From positions 12,595 through 76,594 of the forward strand of contig CAYXYJ010000003.1 of the NCBI GenBank assembly GCA_964469295.1: 64,000 bases of DNA, written 5' to 3'. The DNA is from an uncultured Candidatus Saccharibacteria bacterium (GTDB taxonomy: Bacteria; Patescibacteriota; Minisyncoccia; Phycocordibacterales; UBA918). The notes below the pieces were generated by a model. That model made no database searches. It was not told the origin of the DNA and saw only the letters and a program-made list of their open reading frames with translations. The position numbers and the translations under genes were made by a program. Below, piece by piece: positions 28,173 through 37,354 of the stretch; the stretch's first letter is position 1, and each line of letters starts with the position of its first letter.

Positions 28173-29969
28173 ATGGGACTATTCGATAAACTTGCGGGCA
28201 ATAATAACACCAGCCCCATTGAAAACGTCAGCGAGGGGTTATTAACCCTCACCGATGTGATTGCGCCGTCAGCAGTATCCATCGGACCACGTAGTGTCAA
28301 TATCAGTGGTACCATTGCTCGGGTATTTCATGCGGTGGCGTACCCGCGGTTTCTTACTGATGGTTGGCTTGAACCAATTCTAAATCTCGAAAAGGAACTG
28401 GATGTATCGATTGTCATTCATCCCATGGATACCGCCGAAACGTTAAAACGCCTCCAGAAAAAAGTGGCTGAAGTCCAGAGCCAAATCAACGTGCGCGCCA
28501 GTAATGGTCAAGTGCGTGACCCCCAACTCGAAGCCGCCTATCGCAACATCGAAGATCTCCGCGACAAATTACAACAATCGGAAGAAAAAATGTTTAAGGT
28601 GGGATTGTACATTGCGATTTATGGCGATTCTGATACCAAAGTAAACAAAGTGGAAAATGATATTAAAGGGATTCTCGATTCACGGTTAATCTACATCAAG
28701 CCGAGCCTCTTTAAACAAGAGCAGGGGATTCATAGCGTGTTGCCAACTGCCACCGATGAGCTCCTCGAACACAGCCAATTTAATTCTTCACCCTTATCTA
28801 GTTTCTTTCCGTTTACCTCATTTGATCTCACCTCTGATAACGGCATTTTATACGGTATCAATCGTCACAATTCCTCACTCGTGCTCTTTGATCGTTTTTC
28901 TCTGACGAACTACAACTCCGTGACGTTTGCTACCTCTGGTGCCGGGAAGTCATACAGTATCAAACTGGAAATTCTCCGGTCACTCATGTTCGGAACGGAA
29001 GTCATCGTCATCGATCCCGAACGAGAATATGAATATCTCGCCGAATCAACTGGCGGCCGCTTCTTTAATATTTCACTGTCTTCCGAGCACCACATCAATC
29101 CGTTTGATATTCCACCACCCAGTGATGATGAGGAACCTGCCGACGTATTACGATCGCAAATTGTTCATTTAATTGGCTTATTCCGTTTGATGCTTGGTGG
29201 TCTATCGCCTGAGGAAGAAACCATTATTGATTTGGCCGTCCGGGAAACGTACGCACTTAAAGATATCACTGAGCAGAGTAATTTTGCTGAACTCGAACCA
29301 CCGTTGTTATCGGATTTTGAAATGGTACTCGCTGGGATGAACGGGAGCGGGTCACTTATCAGCCGGCTACAAAAATACACCTCGGGTACCTGGTCTGGGT
29401 TTATGAACCAACCAACCAACGTTGATATCAACCAAAAATTTGTCGTCTTTAGTCTGCGTGACATGGAAGACGAATTAAAGACCATCGCCATGTTTATTAT
29501 CACCAACTACATTTGGGCCGCCATTCGGCGGCGGTTGGTAAAGCGTCTTCTCGTCATTGATGAAGCGTGGTGGATGATGAAATCCGAAGATACCGCTTCG
29601 TTTTTATTCTCGCTTGCAAAACGCGGCCGTAAATATTATTTGGGTATCGCAACTATTACCCAAGACGTGGACGATTTTTTGCGTTCTCCCTATGGTGTGC
29701 CGATGATCACGAACTCTTCGCTCCAATTTCTGATGAAGCAGTCACCGACGGCGATTGATAACATTCAACGGACTTTCAATTTAACGGATGAAGAAAAGTA
29801 CCTGTTACTCGAATCCGATGTGGGGGAAGGGCTTTTCTTTGTAGGATTGAAACACGTCGCCATCAAAGTCATCGCCTCCTACACCGAAGACCAAATCATT
29901 ACGTCCGATCCGTCGCAATTGCTCAAAATTCAAACCGCTCGACGCGAATTACGCAAACGTGGTGTGTAG
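28173..29969 (+). CDS. VirB4/TrbE-family conjugal transfer ATPase (C-terminal two-thirds)
   Basis: IAPSAVSIGPRSVNISGTIARVFHAVAYPRFLTDGWLEPIL (VirB4 pattern); Walker A TSGAGKSYS; Walker B LLVIDEAWWMM. The upstream in-frame region stays open back to 28158, consistent with a -1 frame change joining it to the N-terminal piece. Confidence 0.8.
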   Translation: MGLFDKLAGNNNTSPIENVSEGLLTLTDVIAPSAVSIGPRSVNISGTIARVFHAVAYPRFLTDGWLEPILNLEKELDVSIVIHPMDTAETLKRLQKKVAEVQSQINVRASNGQVRDPQLEAAYRNIEDLRDKLQQSEEKMFKVGLYIAIYGDSDTKVNKVENDIKGILDSRLIYIKPSLFKQEQGIHSVLPTATDELLEHSQFNSSPLSSFFPFTSFDLTSDNGILYGINRHNSSLVLFDRFSLTNYNSVTFATSGAGKSYSIKLEILRSLMFGTEVIVIDPEREYEYLAESTGGRFFNISLSSEHHINPFDIPPPSDDEEPADVLRSQIVHLIGLFRLMLGGLSPEEETIIDLAVRETYALKDITEQSNFAELEPPLLSDFEMVLAGMNGSGSLISRLQKYTSGTWSGFMNQPTNVDINQKFVVFSLRDMEDELKTIAMFIITNYIWAAIRRRLVKRLLVIDEAWWMMKSEDTASFLFSLAKRGRKYYLGIATITQDVDDFLRSPYGVPMITNSSLQFLMKQSPTAIDNIQRTFNLTDEEKYLLLESDVGEGLFFVGLKHVAIKVIASYTEDQIITSDPSQLLKIQTARRELRKRGV

Positions 29970-29983
29970 TATACTAGTGACAT

Positions 29984-30634
29984 ATGGCCGAACCGCGCTA
30001 CCAAACTATCGATAGTGATTTTCGTGATGAGCAAGAAAAGCGAACTGGATTTGGCATCAGAAACGCTCAAATGCAAACCGGCAACGTACGCCAACAACCA
30101 AGACAATTAATGGCAGAAGAGGGGAAATCCCCAACACCAACCCGACCAGGGAAAATGAGTGTCCCAAAATCAAGCGCTTTCGGTAGTCCAAAAAAACTGG
30201 CGGTTAATCGAGCCAAAGCAACAGCCACCACCCTCCAAATCGTATTATGGGCCGTTGTGCCATCGTTTTTTGTGTTTATTGTCTGCATTGTTTGTTTAAT
30301 AACCTTTGGTGCCTACAATATGACCCCAACCTGGATTCAAGAAGGGGTAAACAAAGTAGCATATATACTCGGTTGGCAACAAGACGTCCTCCAAACGTTG
30401 TTTTGGATTACGTATATCATACAAATGGTAACGGTCCTTACTATCATGGCTGGTGTTGTTGCTCATTATTCCATTCGGGGTGTCCGGTGCTTGGGGGGAA
30501 GAGAGGCTGGTGTGTTTAAAAAAATGATTTTTGGCATGATGGCTGTTTTTTGTTTTATTCCAGGCACGCCGATACTTGTCATACCAATTTTTGGTACCTG
30601 TTGGATGTTATTGGTTTGCGCCTATCCCAACTAA
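29984..30634 (+). CDS. Hypothetical membrane protein (4 predicted TM helices)
   Basis: An N-terminal ~90-aa soluble basic region is followed by four hydrophobic helices. Confidence 0.4.
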   Translation: MAEPRYQTIDSDFRDEQEKRTGFGIRNAQMQTGNVRQQPRQLMAEEGKSPTPTRPGKMSVPKSSAFGSPKKLAVNRAKATATTLQIVLWAVVPSFFVFIVCIVCLITFGAYNMTPTWIQEGVNKVAYILGWQQDVLQTLFWITYIIQMVTVLTIMAGVVAHYSIRGVRCLGGREAGVFKKMIFGMMAVFCFIPGTPILVIPIFGTCWMLLVCAYPN

Positions 30635-30675
30635 CCACTCGTAGAGTGACTAGTCGATTGCTATACTTATGATGT

Positions 30676-31638
30676 ATGCGATTGTTATGTAGCCTGTTCA
30701 TTTTGATGTGGGTGTTGCCCCTGACTACCAACGCTCAATTTACGCAATCATTGTTTAATGAGCAATTTGCTATTTCGGTATCGCCACAATACCCGAATCC
30801 TGGCGACACCGTCACCGCAACAGTGAATGATTATTCACTTGGTGCTACTGGTGGTTCAATTGCCTGGTTTATTGACGGGAAAGCGGCTACATCAAGCGTG
30901 AACGCTCGATCAATCACCTTTATTGCGGGGGCACCACTTACTCCCACAACCGTGCGTGCTGATTTACGGCTCGGTACCGGGGAAGTATTAACTGCCTCAC
31001 AAACTATCGTCCCACGCTATCTCGATATCATTGTCGAACCACAGACATATGTACCACAATGGTATAGTGGTCGCGCTTTACCCACCAACGGATCTTTGGT
31101 GCGACTTACGGCACTGCTCCACGGCCAAAATGGCCCAGTTGACCATACGGCCTATACGTATACTTGGAAAGTAAATAATAATGTCATTGGCGGTGGTGGG
31201 GTTCGCGGTGGCTACCAAACCACTTACACCGTCCCGATTGGACAATCACACTTGGTATCTCTAGAAATTACCGATACTACCGGTCGGATGGTGAGTAAAA
31301 AAAATATCACAGTCGGTACCGGCGAAGTTGACGCAGTTTTATATGAAGCCAACCAACTCTATGGTCTCGGTCACCGGGCCATCGGGAATAATCGTGTCAT
31401 GACTGGAAATTCATTAACCATTGAAGCCGTTCCTTATAATCTTGATCTGCGAGCGTTATACGGCAACATTTTTACTGAATGGAAAATTAACAATCAAAAA
31501 GTCACTGAAGTGGGTAAAAGTCCTTTTACCATTACTCTCGGTCGACAGGGTTTTGGTGCGGTAACCTTAGGTTTCAAGGTACGAAATCCTGACGCCCTCC
31601 TCCAGGGTGACGAAGTCAGTACGGTATTACAATTTTAA
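30676..31638 (+). CDS. Hypothetical secreted beta-rich protein
   Basis: MRLLCSLFILMWVLPLTTNAQ is a signal peptide; 320 aa. Confidence 0.4.
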   Translation: MRLLCSLFILMWVLPLTTNAQFTQSLFNEQFAISVSPQYPNPGDTVTATVNDYSLGATGGSIAWFIDGKAATSSVNARSITFIAGAPLTPTTVRADLRLGTGEVLTASQTIVPRYLDIIVEPQTYVPQWYSGRALPTNGSLVRLTALLHGQNGPVDHTAYTYTWKVNNNVIGGGGVRGGYQTTYTVPIGQSHLVSLEITDTTGRMVSKKNITVGTGEVDAVLYEANQLYGLGHRAIGNNRVMTGNSLTIEAVPYNLDLRALYGNIFTEWKINNQKVTEVGKSPFTITLGRQGFGAVTLGFKVRNPDALLQGDEVSTVLQF

Positions 31639-31640
31639 TT

Positions 31641-32819
31641 ATGAAAAAGATTTGGCTTTTTATCCTTGGCGGTATCCTCATCATTGTATTGGGAGGATTT
31701 TGGATATACAGTTTTCTCTATGGCAGTACTAGTAACAGTAGTGCTGTCTTTACCGATTTTAATCTCTTTGGTGGCAATGACACCCCAATAGTCACCGAGC
31801 CACTGCCACCACCAGTCACGGAAACACCAACCGTTGATGTCGCCAGTGCACCATTGCGACAATTAACGACGAGACCAGTCATTGGTATGCGGGCGATTAC
31901 TGTTGGTACCACTACCGTTATGCGGTATGTCGAAGCGGGTACCGGACATGTCTTTGCGATTGATTTAACCACAGGCGCCGAAACGCGAATTTCACAAATT
32001 TCGGTACCGGTGGCTAGTGAAGCGGTGTTCAGTCCGAGTGGCCAATACGTCGCCATTCGTTCTGGGTACGATACCACCAACGAAGTGAGTGTTATCAATC
32101 TTGATGCCATGACGCCAACATCTACCGTTTTGCCGTACCAAATTGAAGATGTTACCTTCGGGTACAATAACCAACTGTGGTTTACCGAATTTGTGAGTGG
32201 TAAAACGGTTGGAAAACAGTACGACCCTACCACTCGGCTCACAACAAATTTATTCACTATTCCATTTACGGCCGTCACCATTGAATGGAGTACCAGCAGC
32301 AGTACACCGCACTACGCGTATACCAAACCAGCGCCAGATTTTATTGGGTATGGCTACGAAATTAAAAATGGTGGCATCGTGCGCCTACCCTATAGTGGCT
32401 ACAATGTACGACTTTATAGTGTCAACGCTGGACTGGTTATTACCAAATCAGAAGGGGTAAATGGCCAAATAGCAAGCTATTTCTATCATGGTGATGATAA
32501 CGGTAGCCGATCAGTCTATCCAATTTTGGGCCACGAAAAATGTGTGTCCCTGACTCGAACCGGAGTATTTTGCGCCACCAATGACAATACGTATCAAAAC
32601 AGCACTCAACTCACCCGCTGGAGCATGGGGGTATTGTCAAGTTCTGACACCTTGTATCAAATTGGTTTCAGCGGATCGGCACAACGGATATTGGAATTAA
32701 AAACGGAAACTGGTCGAGATATTGATGTCATGAATATGGACAAAACAATCGACGGGAAAATGGTATACTTTACCAACGCCAACGATAAAACCCTGTGGGT
32801 CTATGACATCGATAATTAA
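31641..32819 (+). CDS. Hypothetical N-terminally anchored extracytoplasmic protein
   Basis: KKIWLFILGGILIIVLGGFWIY is an anchor followed by a beta-rich domain. Directly follows the previous gene (TAATTATG). Confidence 0.4.
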   Translation: MKKIWLFILGGILIIVLGGFWIYSFLYGSTSNSSAVFTDFNLFGGNDTPIVTEPLPPPVTETPTVDVASAPLRQLTTRPVIGMRAITVGTTTVMRYVEAGTGHVFAIDLTTGAETRISQISVPVASEAVFSPSGQYVAIRSGYDTTNEVSVINLDAMTPTSTVLPYQIEDVTFGYNNQLWFTEFVSGKTVGKQYDPTTRLTTNLFTIPFTAVTIEWSTSSSTPHYAYTKPAPDFIGYGYEIKNGGIVRLPYSGYNVRLYSVNAGLVITKSEGVNGQIASYFYHGDDNGSRSVYPILGHEKCVSLTRTGVFCATNDNTYQNSTQLTRWSMGVLSSSDTLYQIGFSGSAQRILELKTETGRDIDVMNMDKTIDGKMVYFTNANDKTLWVYDIDN

Positions 32820-33945
32820 CCGCGGTACATTTTTTGTAGCTGGCCTCATTACCATTATCTGGTGTGGTTTTTTTACTGTAGCTTTGGCTGCTGACTATGT
32901 ACCACTCGTGAATATCCCGGCGGTCGCCAACCCCAACAACATCAACGACTATATTAACGCGTTATATAATTTATCGATTAGTATCGCGGCCTTGATTGCG
33001 GTGGTCAAGATTGTTATCGCTGGTGCCAAGTGGATGTTTGGAAGTACTTCGATTAGTAGTATTCAAAGTGCGAAACAAGACATTCAAAATGCGTTAATTG
33101 GGTTGTTGATTATTATTGGTGCCGTGTTGATTCTAAATACTATCAATAGCGATTTGACCAACCTCACCATTTTTGATGAAAGTGATAGGGTAGTGGTAAA
33201 TGATACGCCGTCCAATGGTTTGTTTGTCACTATGGATCAAATAAAGGCAGCTTGTGAAGAAAATCCTGAGGCTATGGATTGTAGCCTGGAAATACGTTGC
33301 AATGACAATGACATTGGTAACTTCATTTTTGGTAGCGCGTTTTGGGGAAATATGGAATATATAACTAATCCCAACGATATTAGCTTAAGTTGTGGAGTGA
33401 TTTGCAAAAACATCGGTGGATATATGGATTACGGCTTGGCAATAGACGGAACAGACGCAAAGTGCCATATCAGTAAAACTTTAATGAACAATTTAATTAG
33501 CGACTATTTTGAAAAATTAGTGACAGATCAATGCTCATCTGGACGGGTTGATGGTGAAATCTGTCAGATTGAACTTTGTAGTGAACACGACTTAAACAAT
33601 AATACCTACAATGGAAATAGCCAACAAGATTTTAGTAGATGCGAAGCAGAATGTCTAGAAGAAAGACAGGGCTCTTATTTTGACACTCGTAGTGGTGCTT
33701 GTATATTTACGGGTGATTATTACCTGACCGAGGAAGAATGTTCGGAACGCGTTCATATGACCTGGTCTGACGAAGAAAATGTTTGTTATGACCAAACCAC
33801 GACTCAAAGCATTGCGTGTGATTTCTTTGAAAGTACTGGTACCTATGATTGTAGTATAGCGAGAGGCGAGTGTATTGATAATACTGATGTACCAGGAACA
33901 CCAGTTACCGCTGCCGACGGGCGATCTATTTACTGTGTACAGTAG
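32803..33945 (+). CDS. VirB2/TrbC-like pilin-type module fused to a ~260-aa Cys-rich extracellular domain
   Basis: Signal peptide ending ALA-ADY, then two hydrophobic helices (LSISIAALIAVVKIVIAGAKWMF and ALIGLLIIIGAVLILNTI). This is the classic T4SS pilin topology in the first ~125 aa. A domain with more than 20 Cys follows (CEENPEAMDCSLEIRCNDND...CIDNTD...). Overlaps the upstream gene by 17 nt. Confidence 0.4.
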   Translation: MTSIINRGTFFVAGLITIIWCGFFTVALAADYVPLVNIPAVANPNNINDYINALYNLSISIAALIAVVKIVIAGAKWMFGSTSISSIQSAKQDIQNALIGLLIIIGAVLILNTINSDLTNLTIFDESDRVVVNDTPSNGLFVTMDQIKAACEENPEAMDCSLEIRCNDNDIGNFIFGSAFWGNMEYITNPNDISLSCGVICKNIGGYMDYGLAIDGTDAKCHISKTLMNNLISDYFEKLVTDQCSSGRVDGEICQIELCSEHDLNNNTYNGNSQQDFSRCEAECLEERQGSYFDTRSGACIFTGDYYLTEEECSERVHMTWSDEENVCYDQTTTQSIACDFFESTGTYDCSIARGECIDNTDVPGTPVTAADGRSIYCVQ

Positions 33946-33962
33946 TTAGCGTCTCTATACAT

Positions 33963-34694
33963 TTATCGATGCTTGCGAACAATGAGTTCCTGCACCACCA
34001 TGGTGAGGTTACTAACAATAAAATATAACGCGATGGCGGCTGAGAAGGTGTAGGAAATGAACGTCGTAAAGATTGGCATGACGTATTTCATCTGCAACTG
34101 CATATTGCGCATAAAATCATCTTTAAAATCTGCCGTTTCACCAGACTTTTTTGGTGGTAATGTAGGCAATGATAGCGACGTACTGGCAAACTGCGTAATC
34201 CCTGCAAGAAGGGCCAAGGCCAGACTCGCTTCGGCGATATTAAAGTGACCCAAAAATAACATCGATATTTCATCCGGCATCGGAACAAACGAATATAAAA
34301 TTTCCGGATTAATATTTGGTAGTTTGATACCACCACTACCATACATCGCCACAATACCTAAAGCAATAATCACCGGAAGCTGGATAAACAGCACAAGAAT
34401 ACTGGCAAACGGACTGACTCCGGCCTCTTTATATAATTCCATCATCGCTTTCGCTTGCGCTTCACGGTTGTCTTTGTGGGAGAGTTTAATTTCTTTAAGT
34501 TTTGGTTCAATCTCACGCATTGCTTTTTGTGTTTTCACCATTTTAATTGACAGTGGAAAGAGGAGTACCTTGACCCCAATAACGGTCGCAATAATCGCTA
34601 ACCCCACATCGCCGTGCGGAAAAACATCCAAAAAGAAAACGAGGGTGTTGTAAATTGGATCAAAGAAAAACGAGTGCCAAATAAATGAAAACAT
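33963..34694 (-). CDS. yidC: YidC/Oxa1-family membrane protein insertase (short form)
   Basis: 243 aa; GLAIIATVIGVKVLLFPLSIKMVKTQKAMREIEPKLKEIK is typical of the YidC core; downstream of rnpA. Confidence 0.8.
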   Translation of the reverse strand: MFSFIWHSFFFDPIYNTLVFFLDVFPHGDVGLAIIATVIGVKVLLFPLSIKMVKTQKAMREIEPKLKEIKLSHKDNREAQAKAMMELYKEAGVSPFASILVLFIQLPVIIALGIVAMYGSGGIKLPNINPEILYSFVPMPDEISMLFLGHFNIAEASLALALLAGITQFASTSLSLPTLPPKKSGETADFKDDFMRNMQLQMKYVMPIFTTFISYTFSAAIALYFIVSNLTMVVQELIVRKHR

Positions 34695-34706
34695 AGTGTG
34701 GCTATT

Positions 34707-35042
34707 TTAGCGCGATTTACTGATTCGCGCGAGAAGCCCGACTAATTCGGTCTGTAATATCAGTCGATTGGCTTTACTGGCACCGGGTTTATATAACACT
34801 ATTACTACTCCAGTTGGTATGCTAGCAACATTGTTAGCAAGTGTGCCATACGCTCGGCGGCGGAGCTTATTTCGCACTACGGCTCGTTTGGATACCTTTT
34901 TACTGACAACAACACTGAATTTTGCCAATTCATGCGGGACAAAAACGACCGATTGCCATTGACCATGAAAACGGAGGGCGTCGCGTTTGGTAAAAAAATT
35001 GCTAAACTCCAAACGAGAGAGACGGGCAGAACGAGCAAACAT
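34707..35042 (-). CDS. rnpA: Ribonuclease P protein component
   Basis: 111 aa; KKVSKRAVVRNKLRRRAYG is the RNR motif of RnpA; between rpmH and yidC. Confidence 0.8.
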   Translation of the reverse strand: MFARSARLSRLEFSNFFTKRDALRFHGQWQSVVFVPHELAKFSVVVSKKVSKRAVVRNKLRRRAYGTLANNVASIPTGVVIVLYKPGASKANRLILQTELVGLLARISKSR

Positions 35043-35086
35043 ACCAAATTATACCAAAACGACTACAGCAATACGTAAAAAAGCTC

Positions 35087-35236
35087 TTATCGAGCTTTTT
35101 TAACCGTCAACTTGGCCCGGCCTTTGCGACGACGAGCTTGGACTACTTTTCGTCCAGAAGTAGTAGCCTGGCGAACGAGAAACCCGTGAGTGGTCGCCCG
35201 CTTTTGCTTACTTGGTTGATACGTTCGTTTACTCAT
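35087..35236 (-). CDS. rpmH: 50S ribosomal protein L34
   Basis: Absent from the ORF track (<60 aa). Minus-strand translation from ATG at 35234-35236 gives [49 protein letters not shown], the canonical L34. Confidence 0.9.
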   Translation of the reverse strand: MSKRTYQPSKQKRATTHGFLVRQATTSGRKVVQARRRKGRAKLTVKKAR

Positions 35237-35568
35237 AGCACTATTTCTAAATTATCGCCCAACTATACATGAATATAGCAAAATAGCAACCGCTCTCGTA
35301 AACGACGGTATTTTCATTACATATTCCTACAACAATAAACAACTCCTAACAAAAGCTATGTAAAACGAGCACTTTATTTTTATTAACACCAATCCATCAG
35401 TACATATTCGTCATCTAGTCGCTTGGCAGGGAATAGAGAATACGGAGTGAGGTGTCGGTGTCATTTTATACACAGCTTATACACAGTTGCAGAGTCTGAA
35501 GAAAAAATGAGGGGTACTTTTCATTCATTTTTTTTGTAACCGTTTACAGCAAATATGGAACGGGTATA
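35237..35568. promoter_or_regulatory. AT-rich rpmH-dnaA intergenic region with DnaA-box-like sites and a dnaA promoter (part of oriC region)
   Basis: Two ttatacaca sites (8/9 match to TTATCCACA) near 35470-35490. TATAAT at 35556-35561 with tttaca upstream. Confidence 0.5.
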
Positions 35569-36975
35569 ATGCTTGGTACGTTACCTTCCTGTATGCAACC
35601 AACCACTCATCAACCAACAAACAGCATCGTCCGTACCGAACAGATTGACGTAAAAAAACTGTGGGATGATGCGTTGGTAAAAATTGAGTTGGGAATTACT
35701 CCCGCTAATTTCAAAACTTGGTTTCGCGATACTCAAATTATTTCACTTGAAGATGGTACTCTCACGATTGGTGTGCCTAGTGTCTTTGTACGTGATTGGT
35801 TGCAAGACAAATTTCAATCAATGATTTTAAAAACTCTCCGTGAATTAACTCCCTATGTGCGGAGCCTCGAATATGCCGTGGTACAACGGAGTGATCGACG
35901 GACAGAAACTACTAAGACTCAAACCATCAACGCTGCGTTGCCACTTGAAGATTATTACATCAATAAAAGTGATAACTTAAATCCAAAATATTCTTTTGAA
36001 AATTTTGTGGTTGGTCCCTACAATGCACTGGCTCACGCTGCGGCCAAAACTGTATCGGAAAAACCTGGTATTGCTTATAATCCACTGTTTATTTATGGAA
36101 AAACCGGTCACGGTAAAACTCACTTGATTCAAGCGGTGGGTAATCAAATCAAAAAAACTGGCAAAAAAGTATTTTATGTAACCAGTGAACGCTTTGCAGT
36201 TGATTATTTTAATGCCCTCCAAAGTGGCAGTGCCAATAGTTTCAAAGATAAATACCGCCAATATGATGTTCTCATCATGGACGATGTACAATTTTTAGCC
36301 ACCAAGGAAAAAACTCAAGAGGAATTGTTTCATCTTTTTAATGCTCTCCATGATACGAACAAACAAATCGTTTTCTCGAGTGATATGCACCCAGCATTAT
36401 TATCTGGCATGGAAGATCGATTGCGATCGCGGTTTGCTCAGGGAATGATTGTTGATATTCCAACCCCAGACACCGAATCCCGCGCCGCGATTTTGCGTGC
36501 CAAAGCGGCCCAAAACAGCATTACTTTAAGTGACGATGTAGTGGAACACCTCGCCACCACCATCGAAGGAAATATCCGTGAACTAGAGGGGGCGTTAAAT
36601 ACTATTATGTGTCAGTCACAACTACTTGGTCGGACACTTACGATTGATGAAGTAAAAGCTATCATCAAAAACAGCTCTCGTCCGCGCAAAACCCTCGCAG
36701 TTGGGGATGTGGTTGATAAAGTGGCTCGGTTTTTCGACATCGACGCGGCCAGTATTTACGAAAAAACCAGACGAAAAGAAGTAGTGAAGCCCCGACAAAT
36801 TATCATGTTTATTTTACGGGAAGACTTCCAGGTATCATATCCCGCCATTGGTAAAAAATTAGGTGGTCGCGACCACACCACAGTTATTCATTCCTGTGAA
36901 AAAATTAAACACGATATCAAACTTGATAAAGAACTTGAAGAGGAAATTACCCAAGTGCGATTACTCCTTAAATAA
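35569..36975 (+). CDS. dnaA: Chromosomal replication initiator protein DnaA
   Basis: AAA+ core GKTGHGKTHL, LIMDDVQFL, and C-terminal DNA-binding helix ...MFILREDFQVSYPAIGKKLGGRDHTTVIHSCEKI. The annotated start lies 7 nt after a -10 box, so the true start may be the ATG at 35593. Confidence 0.95.
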   Translation: MLGTLPSCMQPTTHQPTNSIVRTEQIDVKKLWDDALVKIELGITPANFKTWFRDTQIISLEDGTLTIGVPSVFVRDWLQDKFQSMILKTLRELTPYVRSLEYAVVQRSDRRTETTKTQTINAALPLEDYYINKSDNLNPKYSFENFVVGPYNALAHAAAKTVSEKPGIAYNPLFIYGKTGHGKTHLIQAVGNQIKKTGKKVFYVTSERFAVDYFNALQSGSANSFKDKYRQYDVLIMDDVQFLATKEKTQEELFHLFNALHDTNKQIVFSSDMHPALLSGMEDRLRSRFAQGMIVDIPTPDTESRAAILRAKAAQNSITLSDDVVEHLATTIEGNIRELEGALNTIMCQSQLLGRTLTIDEVKAIIKNSSRPRKTLAVGDVVDKVARFFDIDAASIYEKTRRKEVVKPRQIIMFILREDFQVSYPAIGKKLGGRDHTTVIHSCEKIKHDIKLDKELEEEITQVRLLLK

Positions 36976-37006
36976 AAAATCACTTGTAGAATTACAAGTG
37001 ATTTTT
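36975..37006. terminator. Terminator aaaaatcacttgta-gaat-tacaagtgattttt after dnaA
   Basis: A perfect 14-bp stem flanked by A-run and T-run. Confidence 0.7.
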
Positions 37007-37012
37007 TATTTT

Positions 37013-37354
37013 TAAATCAATATCCTTACAAACCACTGTCTTATAAAACTATTCTTACTGGGTATAACTATGCGGATAAACTCGGGTAAAACCACCCTAA
37101 AACCTGTCTAGAGTAGTGGTAAATAAAGTGGTAGTATTACCATATTGCGGTAAAAAGTTGGGGAATAATCATTAGAGTTATACCCAACAAAAAGGTGTCC
37201 TTGGATTCATCCACACCAATTTACCCACGATACACAAGCTAATCACCAATATCTGGTTAACGATTGTGGATGAAAAACATATATAATAGAACATATTTTT
37301 GCGTTATTAACACTTCCACACTCCTAATAAGAGAGTTTAAAATAGTTTTTAAAA
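37013..37354. promoter_or_regulatory. dnaA-dnaN intergenic region with DnaA-box-like sites (candidate oriC core)
   Basis: tgcggataa (37068-37076), tcatccaca (37205-37213) and tgtggatga (37266-37274) are each 8/9 matches to TTATCCACA. AT-rich. Confidence 0.5.
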
